This document shows positions 48,007-58,601 of a DNA stretch of 60,823 bases, piece after piece (the first letter of the stretch is position 1; each line of letters opens with the position of its first letter). The notes beneath the pieces were generated by a model, which saw nothing but the letters and a program-made list of their open reading frames with translations, was not told where the DNA came from and did not search any database. The translations under genes and the position numbers were made by a program. Origin of the DNA: an uncultured Alphaproteobacteria bacterium (GTDB taxonomy: Bacteria; Pseudomonadota; Alphaproteobacteria; SP197); the NCBI GenBank assembly GCA_938048755.1, contig CALIUG010000218.1:1-60823 (forward strand), given 5' to 3'.

Positions 48007-48948
48007 TCAACCGACCTTCTTCTCGACCGCATCCCAGAACAGGGATTCCAGTTTCACGCCGTCATACCGGTTGATTTCCTGCAGGCCGGTGGGTGAAGTC
48101 ACGTTGATCTCGGTCAGCCGGTCGCCGATCACGTCGATGCCGACCAGGATCATGCCGCGCCTGGAAAGCTCCGGTCCGATGGTTGCGCAGATCTCGCGTT
48201 CGCGCGCGGTCAGGGTCGATGCCACGGGTCGCCCGCCGACATGCATGTTGGAGCGGGATTCACCGGCTGCGGGGATGCGGTTGATGGCGCCGACCGGCTT
48301 GCCGTCGATCAGGATGATGCGTTTGTCGCCTTCGCGCACCTCCGGCACATACTTCTGGACGATCACCGGTTCGCGATACATCTGGGTGAACATCTCCAGC
48401 AACGCACCCAGGTTCTCGTCGCCGGGTGACAGATGAAAGACACCGGCACCGCCATTGCCGTAGAGCGGCTTGACGATGATGTCTTCGTATTGCTCGCGGA
48501 AATCCCGAATCGCTTCGGCCGAAGAGGCGATCATGGTCGGCGGCATGACGCCTTCAAACTTCGTGACGAAGATTTTCTCGGGCGCATTGCGCACCTCAAA
48601 GGGATCGTTCACCACCAGCGTCTTGGGGTGGATCTTCTCGAGCATATGGGTGGCCGTGATGTAGGACATGTCGAACGGCGGGTCCTGACGCATCAGGATG
48701 ACGTCCATCTCCGCAAGGTCCATCAGCGCCACGTTGCCCAGAGTGACATGGTCCCCGTGGTTACGCCGCAGATGCATCGGCCGGGCATAGGCCTGGACCT
48801 TGCCTTCGCGGAACACTAGGTCGCGCGGCAGATAGAAATAGACCACATGGCCGCGTTCCTGGGCCTCAAGCGCCAGGACAAAGGTCGTGTCGGCATCGAT
48901 GTCGATGGCTTCGACGGGGTCCATCTGGACGGCAACGGAAAGCGTCAT
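48007..48948 (-). CDS. gshB: Glutathione synthetase
   Basis: [38 protein letters not shown]. Confidence 0.96.
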   Translation of the reverse strand: MTLSVAVQMDPVEAIDIDADTTFVLALEAQERGHVVYFYLPRDLVFREGKVQAYARPMHLRRNHGDHVTLGNVALMDLAEMDVILMRQDPPFDMSYITATHMLEKIHPKTLVVNDPFEVRNAPEKIFVTKFEGVMPPTMIASSAEAIRDFREQYEDIIVKPLYGNGGAGVFHLSPGDENLGALLEMFTQMYREPVIVQKYVPEVREGDKRIILIDGKPVGAINRIPAAGESRSNMHVGGRPVASTLTAREREICATIGPELSRRGMILVGIDVIGDRLTEINVTSPTGLQEINRYDGVKLESLFWDAVEKKVG

Positions 48949-49110
48949 GGCAGGAACTCTCGGGCTACGGAACCATCTGCTTAGAACAGATCATCTCTGC
49001 AGGGAACCACACGCTGGTGTCCGGCGGTCGCAGCAACGGGCTACGATCATGACAACCCGACCGCACCGATGCATGCTGGCACCCGGCCGAAACCGGGTTT
49101 GGAGAAACCG

Positions 49111-49467
49111 ATGTTCGAAATTCGACGCGTGAGCGGCGGCGCAGCAGGACGCAGTGCGGGATCGTCCTGCAACGGCTTTGCCTGGGCGGTGGCCACATCG
49201 CCGGACGACGTGCCCGACATCCATCAGCAAACCGTCAATGCGCTTGCCATGATCGACGACATTCTTGGCGAGCTCGATACCGACAAGACCCGGCTGGTCA
49301 ATGCCACGGTCTATCTGGCCCGGATGCACGACAAGGCCGAGATGGACCGGGCCTGGACGGCATGGATCGGTGATGATCCCGCTCACTGGCCCCAGCGCGC
49401 CTGTGTCGAATCCGGCCTTGCCGGCTACAACCTTGTCGAGATCGTCGTGATCGCTGCCTGTCCCTAG
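49111..49467 (+). CDS. RidA/YoaB-like (Rid family) protein
   Basis: LVNATVYL, AWTAW, PQRACV, VEIVVIAA. Confidence 0.82.
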   Translation: MFEIRRVSGGAAGRSAGSSCNGFAWAVATSPDDVPDIHQQTVNALAMIDDILGELDTDKTRLVNATVYLARMHDKAEMDRAWTAWIGDDPAHWPQRACVESGLAGYNLVEIVVIAACP

Positions 49468-49478
49468 AGCAGCGGGGA

Positions 49479-50063
49479 TCAGGCGCTCTTGATCCGCACG
49501 TGACTGATCACTTCCTTGACGCCTGAAATGGTGCGCGCGTGGTCGATGACCCGGTCGAGTTCGGCCTGGTCTTGGGCAATGCCGGTCAGATAGACGATGC
49601 CGCTTACGGTCTCGACATTGTAGTTGATCGAGCTCACCTCGCCGTCGAACAGTAGGTCCGCGCGCAGTTCGTTGGAGATTCTGACATCGGTCAGGTAGCT
49701 CTCGATTCCGCCGGTATCGGTCACCTGGATCTCGTTGATGACCTCTTTGACCCCTGTGGCCTGCCATGCAAGGCGCACCGCATCGACCCGGTCATCAGGC
49801 TCGGGCACCTTGCCGGTCAGCAGGACGCGGCCCTCGGTTACATCGATCGAGACATCCTGGAACAGACTCTCGTCATAGCTGAACAGGGCTTCGTTGATTT
49901 CGACCTTGATCGTGAAATCGTCCACCACGGTGCCGACGGAACGTTCTTCGGCAACAGCAACACCGCCGGTCGCGGCAGCACCAATGGCCATGCCCACACA
50001 TCCGCTCAAGACCGGGGCGGCGAGGGTAAACGCAGCGATCATGGCGAGGTTCCGGAACATCAT
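49479..50063 (-). CDS. Dual-BON-domain lipoprotein (DolP/YraP-like)
   Basis: Lipobox VLSGC, two BON repeats (GRVLLTG, GIVYLTG). Confidence 0.88.
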   Translation of the reverse strand: MMFRNLAMIAAFTLAAPVLSGCVGMAIGAAATGGVAVAEERSVGTVVDDFTIKVEINEALFSYDESLFQDVSIDVTEGRVLLTGKVPEPDDRVDAVRLAWQATGVKEVINEIQVTDTGGIESYLTDVRISNELRADLLFDGEVSSINYNVETVSGIVYLTGIAQDQAELDRVIDHARTISGVKEVISHVRIKSA

Positions 50064-50182
50064 GGGTCGGTTCTCCAGCGGCAGATTCACACATTATATA
50101 GGGGATCGCCGACCAATAAGCACAAGAAATATGGCGAAATTAGAGCAGATCATGACCGCAGCGAATCCTCTGCGACCCGCTC

Positions 50183-50539
50183 TCAAGGTCGCCAGACATC
50201 GCGGGCATGACGGGGCCAGCGCCAGGGCGCAACGTCGACCCGGTCAAACCGCCGTTCCAGAGGCTGCAGATCGGGATGTCGGGTCAGATAGAGTTCCAGG
50301 GTGCGTGCGATGCGGTCCCATTGGCGCACGCTGATCACCTCGTCATCGGGGATGGCGCGCGCCTTGACCTCGACCGCGGCAACCACACTACCGCGGCGCA
50401 CGATCAGATCGATCTCGCCGCTGGCTAGCCTGCAACGGTGTTCCAGCACGCGATATCCCTTCAGCATGAGGGTCAGTCTGGCCAGAAATTCTGCACGCCG
50501 GCCCCAGGATTCGGCTTTCTGTCGTGATGCGCGTGTCAT
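50183..50539 (-). CDS. yraN: YraN (UPF0102) family protein
   Basis: GRRAE, GEIDLI, VEVKAR, RFDRV. Confidence 0.88.
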   Translation of the reverse strand: MTRASRQKAESWGRRAEFLARLTLMLKGYRVLEHRCRLASGEIDLIVRRGSVVAAVEVKARAIPDDEVISVRQWDRIARTLELYLTRHPDLQPLERRFDRVDVAPWRWPRHARDVWRP

Positions 50540-50626
50540 CACCCTTCTCAATTCTGCCAACTTGGTCGATCATAGATGCAGTCAGCAACGCAGAATACCA
50601 ACGCGACAACGCGGAGATCGACGACC

Positions 50627-52045
50627 ATGGGTTCAACCCAAAGCAGCCTCAACAGGCTTCCGATACATCTGGCTCTGGCCGCAATGCTTGCTGCGGGCCT
50701 TGTCCTGTCGGGGTGCAAAACGACCAAGCCCGAAACCATCGAGACTGCCGAACCCGCTGAAGAAGGCGAGACCCTGGTGATTGCCACCGACGAGGTCATC
50801 GATCCTGCGTTCACCGAAGATCCCGATGCGTTCGTTGTGGATCCCGTCACGGGCATCAACGAACCGGCCTATGGCGATGATGCCACGGGATCGGTCCGCC
50901 GCATTGCCCTGCTGCTCCCGCTCAGCGGCACCCATAGCGGCCTGGGCCATGATCTGCTGGACGCCGCCACCCTCGCCCTGTTCGACATTGGCAATGCCAA
51001 CATCGAACTGGTGGTCGCCGATACCATGGGCACGGCCGACGGCGCCGCCCAGGCTGCCGGTCAGGTTCTTGCTGCCCAGCCGGACCTCATCGTGGGTCCC
51101 CTCTTCTCCCATGCTGTCACGGCCGCGGCACCGATTGCCCAGCAGGCCAGCATCAACATGATCGCCCTTTCTTCCGACCTCGAGGTCGCCCAGCCCGGCG
51201 TGTTTGTCCTGGGCATTGCGCCTGAGGATCAGATTGACCGGGTTGTTGCCTATGCTTCCAGCCAGGGCCGCCTGCGGTTCGCCGCACTGGCGCCCCAGAC
51301 CCGTTTTGGCCAGCGTATGGTGCAGGCCATGGAGGCGTCGGTGGCCCGCTATGGCGGCGTCATGGTGACTCGCGCCTTCTACAATCCAGACGGCCTGGCA
51401 CTGGATGAGACCGTGCGTGAGTTGACCCAGTATCCCCTCAGCCAGGGGGATCTGGAAAACCAGATTGCCGAACTGCGTGCCCGGGGTGACGAGGTCTCGA
51501 TGGCTGCCGTGGCCCGCCTGGAAGGTGATGAGGGGGTCGGTGCCATGGCCTTCGATGCCCTGCTGATCCCCGATTCTGGAGCGAAGCTGGGCCAGCTCTC
51601 GGCCTATCTTGGTTATTATGATGTTCTGTCGCCGAGCGTTCGGTTGCTGGGCCTGGCCAGCTGGAACGACCCGACGCTGGCGCGCGAGCAGGTCATGCAG
51701 GGGGCGTGGTTTGCCACCGCACCCGACAACAACCGCAGCTGGTTCGGCAACCGGTTTGCAGGCGCATATGATACTGAAGCGTCGCGTCTGGCGACCCTTG
51801 CCTATGATGCCATGGCGTTGGCCGCAGCGCTGACCGGCAGCGGTTCGGGTGGTGACTTCAGCGAACGGGCGATCACCGACTGGCGTGGTTTCCAGGGCGT
51901 CGACGGTCTCTTCCGTTTCCACGATGACGGCACGCCCGAACGCGGCCTGGTCGTCATGGAGATCACCGCGGACGGCCTTGATGTCGCAAGTCCGGCACCG
52001 AGCGTGTTCGAGCCCCCGGCGGTCTCCATGCTTGTGGCGCAGTAG
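50627..52045 (+). CDS. Penicillin-binding protein activator LpoA/LppC-like lipoprotein
   Basis: Lipobox VLSGC, IALLLPLSG, IVGPLFS, LAYDA, FQGVDGLFRF. Confidence 0.85.
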   Translation: MGSTQSSLNRLPIHLALAAMLAAGLVLSGCKTTKPETIETAEPAEEGETLVIATDEVIDPAFTEDPDAFVVDPVTGINEPAYGDDATGSVRRIALLLPLSGTHSGLGHDLLDAATLALFDIGNANIELVVADTMGTADGAAQAAGQVLAAQPDLIVGPLFSHAVTAAAPIAQQASINMIALSSDLEVAQPGVFVLGIAPEDQIDRVVAYASSQGRLRFAALAPQTRFGQRMVQAMEASVARYGGVMVTRAFYNPDGLALDETVRELTQYPLSQGDLENQIAELRARGDEVSMAAVARLEGDEGVGAMAFDALLIPDSGAKLGQLSAYLGYYDVLSPSVRLLGLASWNDPTLAREQVMQGAWFATAPDNNRSWFGNRFAGAYDTEASRLATLAYDAMALAAALTGSGSGGDFSERAITDWRGFQGVDGLFRFHDDGTPERGLVVMEITADGLDVASPAPSVFEPPAVSMLVAQ

Positions 52046-52048
52046 CCG

Positions 52049-53212
52049 TCAGTCTGTCAGGCGATCGAGAATGCCGTTGAGCACCTGACGGCCCTGTGTG
52101 GTCGCACGGACACCGTCGGCATCGTGCACCAGCAGACCGGACTCGACCAGCATGGAAAGCGTTGCTGGGTCGACGGCTTTGTCCCAGCCTGATCCGGAAG
52201 CGCGCTGCAGGTCTGCGTGGCTCAGACCGTCGCACAGTCGCAGGCCCATCATGAGCACTTCGATCAAACGGTCCCGGCCCGTGATGGTTTCGATCGCGGC
52301 CGTTGCGTGGCCGTTCCTGGCGACGGCATCAAGCCAGGTTTCCGGCGCCTTTTCCTGGCGCCGTGCAATGCTGATGCCGTCCGCTTCGTTCAGACGTCCG
52401 TGGGCACCGGGGCCTATGCCGATCCATTCGCCTGAACGCCAATAGGTGATGTTGTGGTGGCTCTCGTGCCCCGGTCTGGCGTGGTTGGAAACTTCATAGG
52501 CAGGCAGTCCGGCTGCTTCCGTCATGGACTGGGTTGCCTCGTACATTGCAGCCTGGCTGTCCTCATCGGGCAGGTCCAGCGCGCCCCGCCGGGCCAGCGT
52601 ATGGAACTGGGTGCCGGGCTCGATGGTGAGCTGATAGAGCGACAGGTGATCGGTGCCTACGTCCAGTGCTTCTTCCAGTTCGTTGCGCCATGTCTGTGGC
52701 GTCTGGCCCATGCGGGCATAGATGAGATCAAAGGACATGCGATCAAAGGTGCGCCGCGCCAGAGCGATGGCGGCACGCGCCTCGGCCGCATCATGCCGCC
52801 TTCCCAGTGCCTGCAGCGAAGCATCGTCCAGCGCCTGGACACCCAGGGAAACACGGTTCACCCCTGCCGCGCGATAGCCCGTGAACCGCCCGGCTTCGAC
52901 GCTGCCGGGGTTGGCTTCCAGCGTGATCTCGACGTCCCCGGAAATCGGCCAGTGCGCCGCGATGGAGTCCAGCACCGCACCCACGGTCTCGGGCGCCATC
53001 AGGGACGGCGTGCCACCGCCAAAGAAAATGCTGGTGACTGTGCGCCCAGGTGCCAGTTCAGCCATGTACGCGGTCTCGGTGACCAGGGCATCGGCCCAGG
53101 CCGTCTCATCGATGGCCTCGCGTACATGGCTGTTGAAATCGCAATAGGGGCATTTCGACTGGCAGAACGGCCAGTGCACATAAATGCCAAAGCCGGGGTT
53201 GTCGGCGTCCAT
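52049..53212 (-). CDS. hemW: Radical SAM heme chaperone HemW
   Basis: YVHWPFCQSKCPYCDFNS, FFGGGTPS, YEVSN. Confidence 0.93.
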   Translation of the reverse strand: MDADNPGFGIYVHWPFCQSKCPYCDFNSHVREAIDETAWADALVTETAYMAELAPGRTVTSIFFGGGTPSLMAPETVGAVLDSIAAHWPISGDVEITLEANPGSVEAGRFTGYRAAGVNRVSLGVQALDDASLQALGRRHDAAEARAAIALARRTFDRMSFDLIYARMGQTPQTWRNELEEALDVGTDHLSLYQLTIEPGTQFHTLARRGALDLPDEDSQAAMYEATQSMTEAAGLPAYEVSNHARPGHESHHNITYWRSGEWIGIGPGAHGRLNEADGISIARRQEKAPETWLDAVARNGHATAAIETITGRDRLIEVLMMGLRLCDGLSHADLQRASGSGWDKAVDPATLSMLVESGLLVHDADGVRATTQGRQVLNGILDRLTD

Positions 53213-53820
53213 CAGTGGAAGTCCGCCGCCCCGATCAGCTTGGCAAAGGCGCGGGCACGATGGTTGAAGGTTTTCTTTTCGGCCATCTCCATCTCGCCAA
53301 ACGTGCGGGTGTCGCCATCGGGCACAAAGATGGGATCGTAGCCAAAGCCGTGCTCGCCGCGCGGCGGAAACTCCAGTGTGCCGTCGACACGTCCTTCAAA
53401 GCTGCGTACCGAGCCGTCGGGCCAGGCCAGCGCCAGGACACAGAAGAAGCTGGCGGTCCGATCGGGGTTGTCGCCCAGTTCCTTTTCGACCCGTGCCATG
53501 GCGGCCGCGAAGTCCTTGGAAGGCCCGCCCCAGCGTGCCGAATAGATGCCGGGTTCGCCGTTCAGCCCCCAGACCGAAAGGCCGGAATCATCGGAAAGGG
53601 CGGGCAGGCCCGAACCCTCGACGGCTGCGACGGCCTTCAGGACGGCATTGGCCTCGAACGTGTCACCGGTTTCTTCCGGCTCGGGCAGGTTAAGCGATGC
53701 AGCACCGATCACCTCGATCCCGAACGGCTCCAGCAGGTCGTCGATCTCGACCACCTTGCCGGCATTGTGGCTGGCGATCACCAGGCGCGGCGGCAGGTCC
53801 AGACGTTCGCCCGCCATCAC
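53212..53820 (-). CDS. rdgB: dITP/XTP pyrophosphatase
   Basis: ASHNAGK, DDSGL, GFGYDP, NHRARA. Confidence 0.93.
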   Translation of the reverse strand: MMAGERLDLPPRLVIASHNAGKVVEIDDLLEPFGIEVIGAASLNLPEPEETGDTFEANAVLKAVAAVEGSGLPALSDDSGLSVWGLNGEPGIYSARWGGPSKDFAAAMARVEKELGDNPDRTASFFCVLALAWPDGSVRSFEGRVDGTLEFPPRGEHGFGYDPIFVPDGDTRTFGEMEMAEKKTFNHRARAFAKLIGAADFH

Positions 53821-54539
53821 GCCTTCTCCAGGGCCGCCTTCTGGTGAACGACCAGTTCGGCGATGCCGGCACTGGCCAGATCCATCAGCCGGTCGAGTTC
53901 GGCACGGCCGAAGACCGCGCCTTCGGCGGTGGCCTGGACCTCGACGATGTTGCCGGCGCCGGTCATGACGAAGTTGGAGTCGGCACCGGCGTTGGAATCC
54001 TCGGCGTAGTCCAGATCGGCAACCGGCGTGCCGTCAAAGATGCCACAGGAAATCGCCGCGACATGATCCTCGATAGGGGACTGCTTCAGCGCGCCCTGAT
54101 CCATCAGGCCCTTGATCGCAATGGCAAGCGCCACGAAACCGCCGGTGATCGCCGCCGTGCGGGTGCCGCCATCGGCCTGGATGACATCACAATCGACCTT
54201 GATCTGGCGCTCGCCAAGGGCTTCCAGATTCGTGACGGCACGCAGGCTGCGTCCGATCAGGCGCTGGATTTCCTGGGTCCGACCGGACTGCTTGCCCCGC
54301 GCGGCCTCACGGTCCGTGCGGGTGTTGGTGGCGCGCGGCAGCATGCCGTATTCGGCCGTGACCCAGCCGCGGCCCTTGTTGCGCATCCATGGCGGCACGC
54401 GCTCTTCGACCGAAGCGGTGCACAGAACATGGGTTTCGCCGAAACGCGCCATGCAGGATCCCTCGGCATGTTTGGCAAAGCCGGGCTCCAGATCGATCGT
54501 GCGCAGCTGTTCGGGCGTGCGGCCGGAAGGTCGTGACAT
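53817..54539 (-). CDS. rph: Ribonuclease PH
   Basis: [34 protein letters not shown]. Confidence 0.96.
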   Translation of the reverse strand: MSRPSGRTPEQLRTIDLEPGFAKHAEGSCMARFGETHVLCTASVEERVPPWMRNKGRGWVTAEYGMLPRATNTRTDREAARGKQSGRTQEIQRLIGRSLRAVTNLEALGERQIKVDCDVIQADGGTRTAAITGGFVALAIAIKGLMDQGALKQSPIEDHVAAISCGIFDGTPVADLDYAEDSNAGADSNFVMTGAGNIVEVQATAEGAVFGRAELDRLMDLASAGIAELVVHQKAALEKA

Positions 54540-54609
54540 CGGATGTTCCTGTCAGGTTGTGTGGCGCGGAACCTAGAGGTCTTGGTCAGGAATGGGAACC
54601 GTCCTGACG

Positions 54610-54637
54610 TTGACCTTGGGCATGGCACCGCCTACAT
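54610..54637 (+). promoter_or_regulatory. Possible RpoH-type promoter of hrcA-grpE (TTG-N18-CCTACAT)
   Basis: Resembles the alphaproteobacterial RpoH consensus. No CIRCE seen. Confidence 0.4.
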
Positions 54638-54701
54638 GCTGTGAGACCCTGCTGGTCGCAGGAATCAACACAGCAAACCGGCCGTTTTTCGGCTTGAGGC
54701 C

Positions 54702-55745
54702 ATGATTCAGGAACTCAACGACCGCTCACGCGAGATTTTCCGCATCCTGGTGGACGAATTTGTCGAAACCGGGGAGCCCATTGGTTCGCGCACGATTTCC
54801 CAGCGCTATCCGGGTGGGTTGTCGCCGGCTTCCGTGCGCAATGTCATGGCCGATCTGGAAGATGCCGGGCTGATCAGCGCGCCCCACACCAGTGCCGGAC
54901 GTCTGCCGACCGATCTGGGCATTCGCCTGTTCGTCGATGCCCTGCTTCAGGTCGGTGAGATTTCCTCGGAAGAACGCGCCGCCATCGAAGGTGCGTGCGA
55001 GGACACCGGCAGGTCCTATGACGATGTTCTCCAGGCTGCGACCGGGTTGCTTTCGGGCCTTTCGCACCATGCCGGGGTCGTGGTTGCGCCCAAGCAGGAA
55101 ACCCCGTTCCGCCATGTCGAGTTTGTCTCCCTCGCGCCGGACCGGGTGCTGGTCATCGTGGTGCTGGAGAACGGCGCGGTCGAGAACCGCATCATCGAAC
55201 TGCCCGGCGGTATTCCGCCTGCGGCACTGACTCGTGCGGGCAACTATCTCAGTGCCCGCCTGGCTGGGCGCACGCTCGATGACGCCAAGACCCAGATCAC
55301 CACGGAACTCAGACGTCACGAGGCAGAGCTCGATGCGCTCTCCCAACGCGTGGTCGAGGCGGGCCTTGCCACCTGGTCGGGCAGCAACGGTGCCGAGGAA
55401 CGCGCCACCCTGATCGTGCGCGGCCAGGCCAACCTGCTTGATGATGTGCGCGCCGTGGCCGATCTCGAACGCATCCGCGAACTGTTCGACAAACTCGATG
55501 AGGCGCACCATATGATGCGTCTGCTGGACCTGACGCACAGTGCCGACGGGGTCAGCATCTTTATCGGCGCGGCCAACGAGCTCTTTCAGCTTTCGGGCTG
55601 TTCGACCATCGTGGCGCCGGTCTCCGACCAGGGCGGCCGCTTCATCGGTGCCCTGGGCGTGATCGGACCCACGCGCATGAACTACGCCAGAATCATTCCC
55701 ATGGTCGATTACACGGCCAAGGTGGTAGGTCGCCTGATCGGCTGA
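54702..55745 (+). CDS. hrcA: Heat-inducible transcription repressor
   Basis: SPASVRNVMADLE, PHTSAGRLPT, GVIGPTRMNY. Confidence 0.96.
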   Translation: MIQELNDRSREIFRILVDEFVETGEPIGSRTISQRYPGGLSPASVRNVMADLEDAGLISAPHTSAGRLPTDLGIRLFVDALLQVGEISSEERAAIEGACEDTGRSYDDVLQAATGLLSGLSHHAGVVVAPKQETPFRHVEFVSLAPDRVLVIVVLENGAVENRIIELPGGIPPAALTRAGNYLSARLAGRTLDDAKTQITTELRRHEAELDALSQRVVEAGLATWSGSNGAEERATLIVRGQANLLDDVRAVADLERIRELFDKLDEAHHMMRLLDLTHSADGVSIFIGAANELFQLSGCSTIVAPVSDQGGRFIGALGVIGPTRMNYARIIPMVDYTAKVVGRLIG

Positions 55746-55785
55746 TCCGGACCAGGAAACAGGAAGACGTTGAGTTGAGGAAGTC

Positions 55786-56451
55786 ATGAACGACGAAACA
55801 AGAAAACCGGCCGAGCAGGAAGTCCCCGAACCGGCCAACGACGATGCCCGGCGGGCAGGTGATGAAACCATTCTGGAGGTCGGCGGTGCCGATGATCTGG
55901 CTGCCGCCGATGCCGCTGCCGATATGGCTTCCGCGCAGGATGACGATGCCGACGATGGCGAGAGCGATGAGGTCGAACACGACCGCGAGGCCGAGCTGGA
56001 AGCCCAGGTGTCCGACCTGACCGACCGCCTGCTGCGCACCGCCGCGGAAATGGAAAACGTGCGCAAGCGCGCCCAGAAGGACCGCGAGGATGCCTCCAAG
56101 TTCGCGACCTCCAAGTTTGCCGAGGACATGCTGGCCGTGGCCGACAATCTGGCCCGTGCCCTGGAAGCCGTGACCGACGAAGTGCGCGCCAACGAAGCCG
56201 CCAAGGGCGTAATCGAGGGGGTCGACCTCACCATGAAGGAACTGGGCGGCGCCCTGGAACGCCATGGCATCGTGCAGATCGATGCCGCCGGTGCAAAGTT
56301 CGACCCCAACCTGCATCAGGCCATGTTCGAAACCGAAACGCTGGACTTCGAGCCAGGCACTGTCATGCAGGTCCTGAGAAGCGGCTACACCATCCACGGC
56401 CGCCTCCTGCGCCCCGCCATGGTCGGCGTCGCAAAGGCCCCGGCGGCGTAA
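55786..56451 (+). CDS. grpE: Nucleotide exchange factor GrpE
   Basis: AEMENVRKR, FDPNLHQA, GYTIHGRLLRPAMVGV. Confidence 0.96.
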   Translation: MNDETRKPAEQEVPEPANDDARRAGDETILEVGGADDLAAADAAADMASAQDDDADDGESDEVEHDREAELEAQVSDLTDRLLRTAAEMENVRKRAQKDREDASKFATSKFAEDMLAVADNLARALEAVTDEVRANEAAKGVIEGVDLTMKELGGALERHGIVQIDAAGAKFDPNLHQAMFETETLDFEPGTVMQVLRSGYTIHGRLLRPAMVGVAKAPAA

Positions 56452-56475
56452 ACGTCGCCTCCAAAAAACAGGTGT

Positions 56476-56505
56476 GCCATCCTCCAACTTGATCGGAGGA
56501 TCCAT
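56476..56505. repeat. Half family-B REP / hairpin between convergent genes (possible terminator)
   Basis: ATCCTCC-aacttgatc-GGAGGAT stem resembles the family-B left end. Confidence 0.45.
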
Positions 56506-56555
56506 GCGCCGTCGTCACAGCATCAACAGATCCTGATGATTCCTGGGATGTCCGC

Positions 56556-57188
56556 TCAGACGCGGATGCCCAGAAGGTTGGCAAGCGCGGTGCGGCCCCT
56601 GGCCGTCGCCACGACCACGGGGCGGTCGTCCATCGTGAGCCAGCCAAGGCCCATCAGGTGTTGCAGCAGGGCCTTGCCCGTCCTGCCGCCCAGATGGCCC
56701 GGCTCCGGGTTGCTGGACCGGCAGGTCCTGGACGTGCTTCCCGCCGCAATCCCCTGTTGAAGCCCGATGGTGGCCAGCAGCCGCGCACCGCGATCGGTCA
56801 GTACCAGGGTGGTGCCGCTGTTTTCCAGGTGTCCACGCACCACCATGGCGCGGGTGATGGCATCGCCCAGGTCTCCACCCAGATGCTGACCGCACAGAAT
56901 GCCCGCCATCTCGTTGGGCCTGGCTGCCATGCGCAGGGGTTTCAACGCTCCGGCTATGGCAGCATCGGCCAGCCGGTGGTGGTGCCTGCCATCATGGATC
57001 TCGGTGATGATCACCTCGGCGTCGCGCAGGCGGGCCAGGTGATGCCGCAGGCTCCGGGGCTGGTTACCGGTCTTGGCGGCAAGGTCACGGGTTGTCAGCA
57101 TGGCCTTGTCGGAAAGCCCGGCCAGGATCGCCAGACGCACCGGGTGTTCCAGCAGCTTCTGGATGGTCTCGAGATCGGGTCGCGCCAT
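56556..57188 (-). CDS. ArsR/SmtB-family regulator with C-terminal extension (YdfF-like)
   Basis: HPVRLAIL, wHTH, C-terminal CGQHLGGDLG and HLGGRTG. Confidence 0.72.
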   Translation of the reverse strand: MARPDLETIQKLLEHPVRLAILAGLSDKAMLTTRDLAAKTGNQPRSLRHHLARLRDAEVIITEIHDGRHHHRLADAAIAGALKPLRMAARPNEMAGILCGQHLGGDLGDAITRAMVVRGHLENSGTTLVLTDRGARLLATIGLQQGIAAGSTSRTCRSSNPEPGHLGGRTGKALLQHLMGLGWLTMDDRPVVVATARGRTALANLLGIRV

Positions 57189-57208
57189 GGCCGGATCGCC
57201 GCCCCGGT

Positions 57209-58588
57209 TCAGGCCGCCGTGACCGGCAGGGTGGCGCGCGCGACGAGACCGCCGCCGTTGCGTTCCAGCAGGGCGATGTCGCCGCCATGGGCACGCAGGA
57301 TGCTGCGGGCCACGGCAAGGCCAAGTCCGGTGCCGCCGGTCGCGCGGTTGCGCGAGGGTTCGCCGCGCATGAACGGTCGGAACATGGCCTCGCGCTGATC
57401 CTCGGGAATGCCGGGGCCGCGATCAGCAATCTCGATCGTGACGGTATCGCCGGTCTGGCCGAGGCGCACTTCAGCCGAGCCGCCGTAACGCACGGCATTC
57501 TGGATCAGGTTGGCCAGTGCACGGCGCAGGGCGACCGGCCGGCAGGTGATGTTGAGTTTTTCCGGTCCTTCGAAGGACGCGGCCTCACCGGCATCGGAGA
57601 GATCGTCGACCTGGCTCTGCAACAGGGCCGAGAGGTCAACCTTCTGGCGTTCCTCCCGTGCGGCCTCGCCGCGTGCGGCGTCCAGCGCCTCCTTGAGCAT
57701 GACTTCCATGTCGGCCATGTCGGCAAAGGCCTTTTCGCGCTGGGCGTCGTCGTCGATGTCTTCGGCGCGCAGCCGAAGGCGCGTGATGATGGTGCGCAGG
57801 TCGTGGGAGAGGGCAGCCAGCATCAGGCTGCGGTCATCGATCACCAGCCGCAACTGCGCCTGCATTGCGTTGAAAGCGGTCACGGCCCGCCGCACCTCGC
57901 GCGAACCTTTTTCGGGCAGGGGTGGGGCATCAAGATCGACGCTCAGGCGGTCGGCGGCCACGGCCAGGTCACGCAGCGGGCGGGTCAGCCGGTGCGCCAG
58001 AACCAGCGCCACCAACGTCACGATCAGCACGACAAAACCCAGGCGCACCATGGCGGTGACCCCAGGCAGGGTGGCGGTCGGTCGGGCCGGTGCCACGGCC
58101 ACGACCCAGCCGCCATCCTCGACCGGCATGCCGACCATCAGGGTATAAAATCCCGGCCGCCAATGACCCTTTTCAACCGGCGCGGGATCGGCCTCGGGGT
58201 CGAACCTGCCCGGCGTACCGGCCAGGGCATGGATCAGCAGGTCGTCCAACATGGCTTCCGGCGCGGCGTCCCGCGCCTTTTCCTCGATTTCGTCTCCATG
58301 GCGCCAGGGATCGACCGGCGGCAGGGGCCGTTCGGTGGCAAGCCAGACGCGGAAGTCACGCTCGTGATAACTCGCCAGGGCATCGTCGCGGTCCTGCGGG
58401 TCCAAAGCGGCCAGCGCTTCGGCCATGCTGGTCGTGCGTTCGACGACGGCACGGGCAAAGCTGTGCTGTGCAGCCAGTTCGCGGTCGTGGCTGGCGACCA
58501 GGATGCCGCTGCCGATTACCACGGCCAGCACCGAAACGATGAGCAGCGTGAAGGCCGCGGTCGTACCCCAGCCGTGTCGCCGCATCAT
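57209..58588 (-). CDS. Sensor histidine kinase (HAMP-HisKA-HATPase)
   Basis: LSHDLRT, NLIQNAVRYG, DRGPGI, GTGLGL. Confidence 0.93.
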   Translation of the reverse strand: MMRRHGWGTTAAFTLLIVSVLAVVIGSGILVASHDRELAAQHSFARAVVERTTSMAEALAALDPQDRDDALASYHERDFRVWLATERPLPPVDPWRHGDEIEEKARDAAPEAMLDDLLIHALAGTPGRFDPEADPAPVEKGHWRPGFYTLMVGMPVEDGGWVVAVAPARPTATLPGVTAMVRLGFVVLIVTLVALVLAHRLTRPLRDLAVAADRLSVDLDAPPLPEKGSREVRRAVTAFNAMQAQLRLVIDDRSLMLAALSHDLRTIITRLRLRAEDIDDDAQREKAFADMADMEVMLKEALDAARGEAAREERQKVDLSALLQSQVDDLSDAGEAASFEGPEKLNITCRPVALRRALANLIQNAVRYGGSAEVRLGQTGDTVTIEIADRGPGIPEDQREAMFRPFMRGEPSRNRATGGTGLGLAVARSILRAHGGDIALLERNGGGLVARATLPVTAA

Positions 58589-58601
58589 GACGGGACCACG
58601 T

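Noticed and set aside
54540-54701. CIRCE operator upstream of hrcA
   Set aside because: No TTAGCACTC-N9-GAGTGCTAA found.
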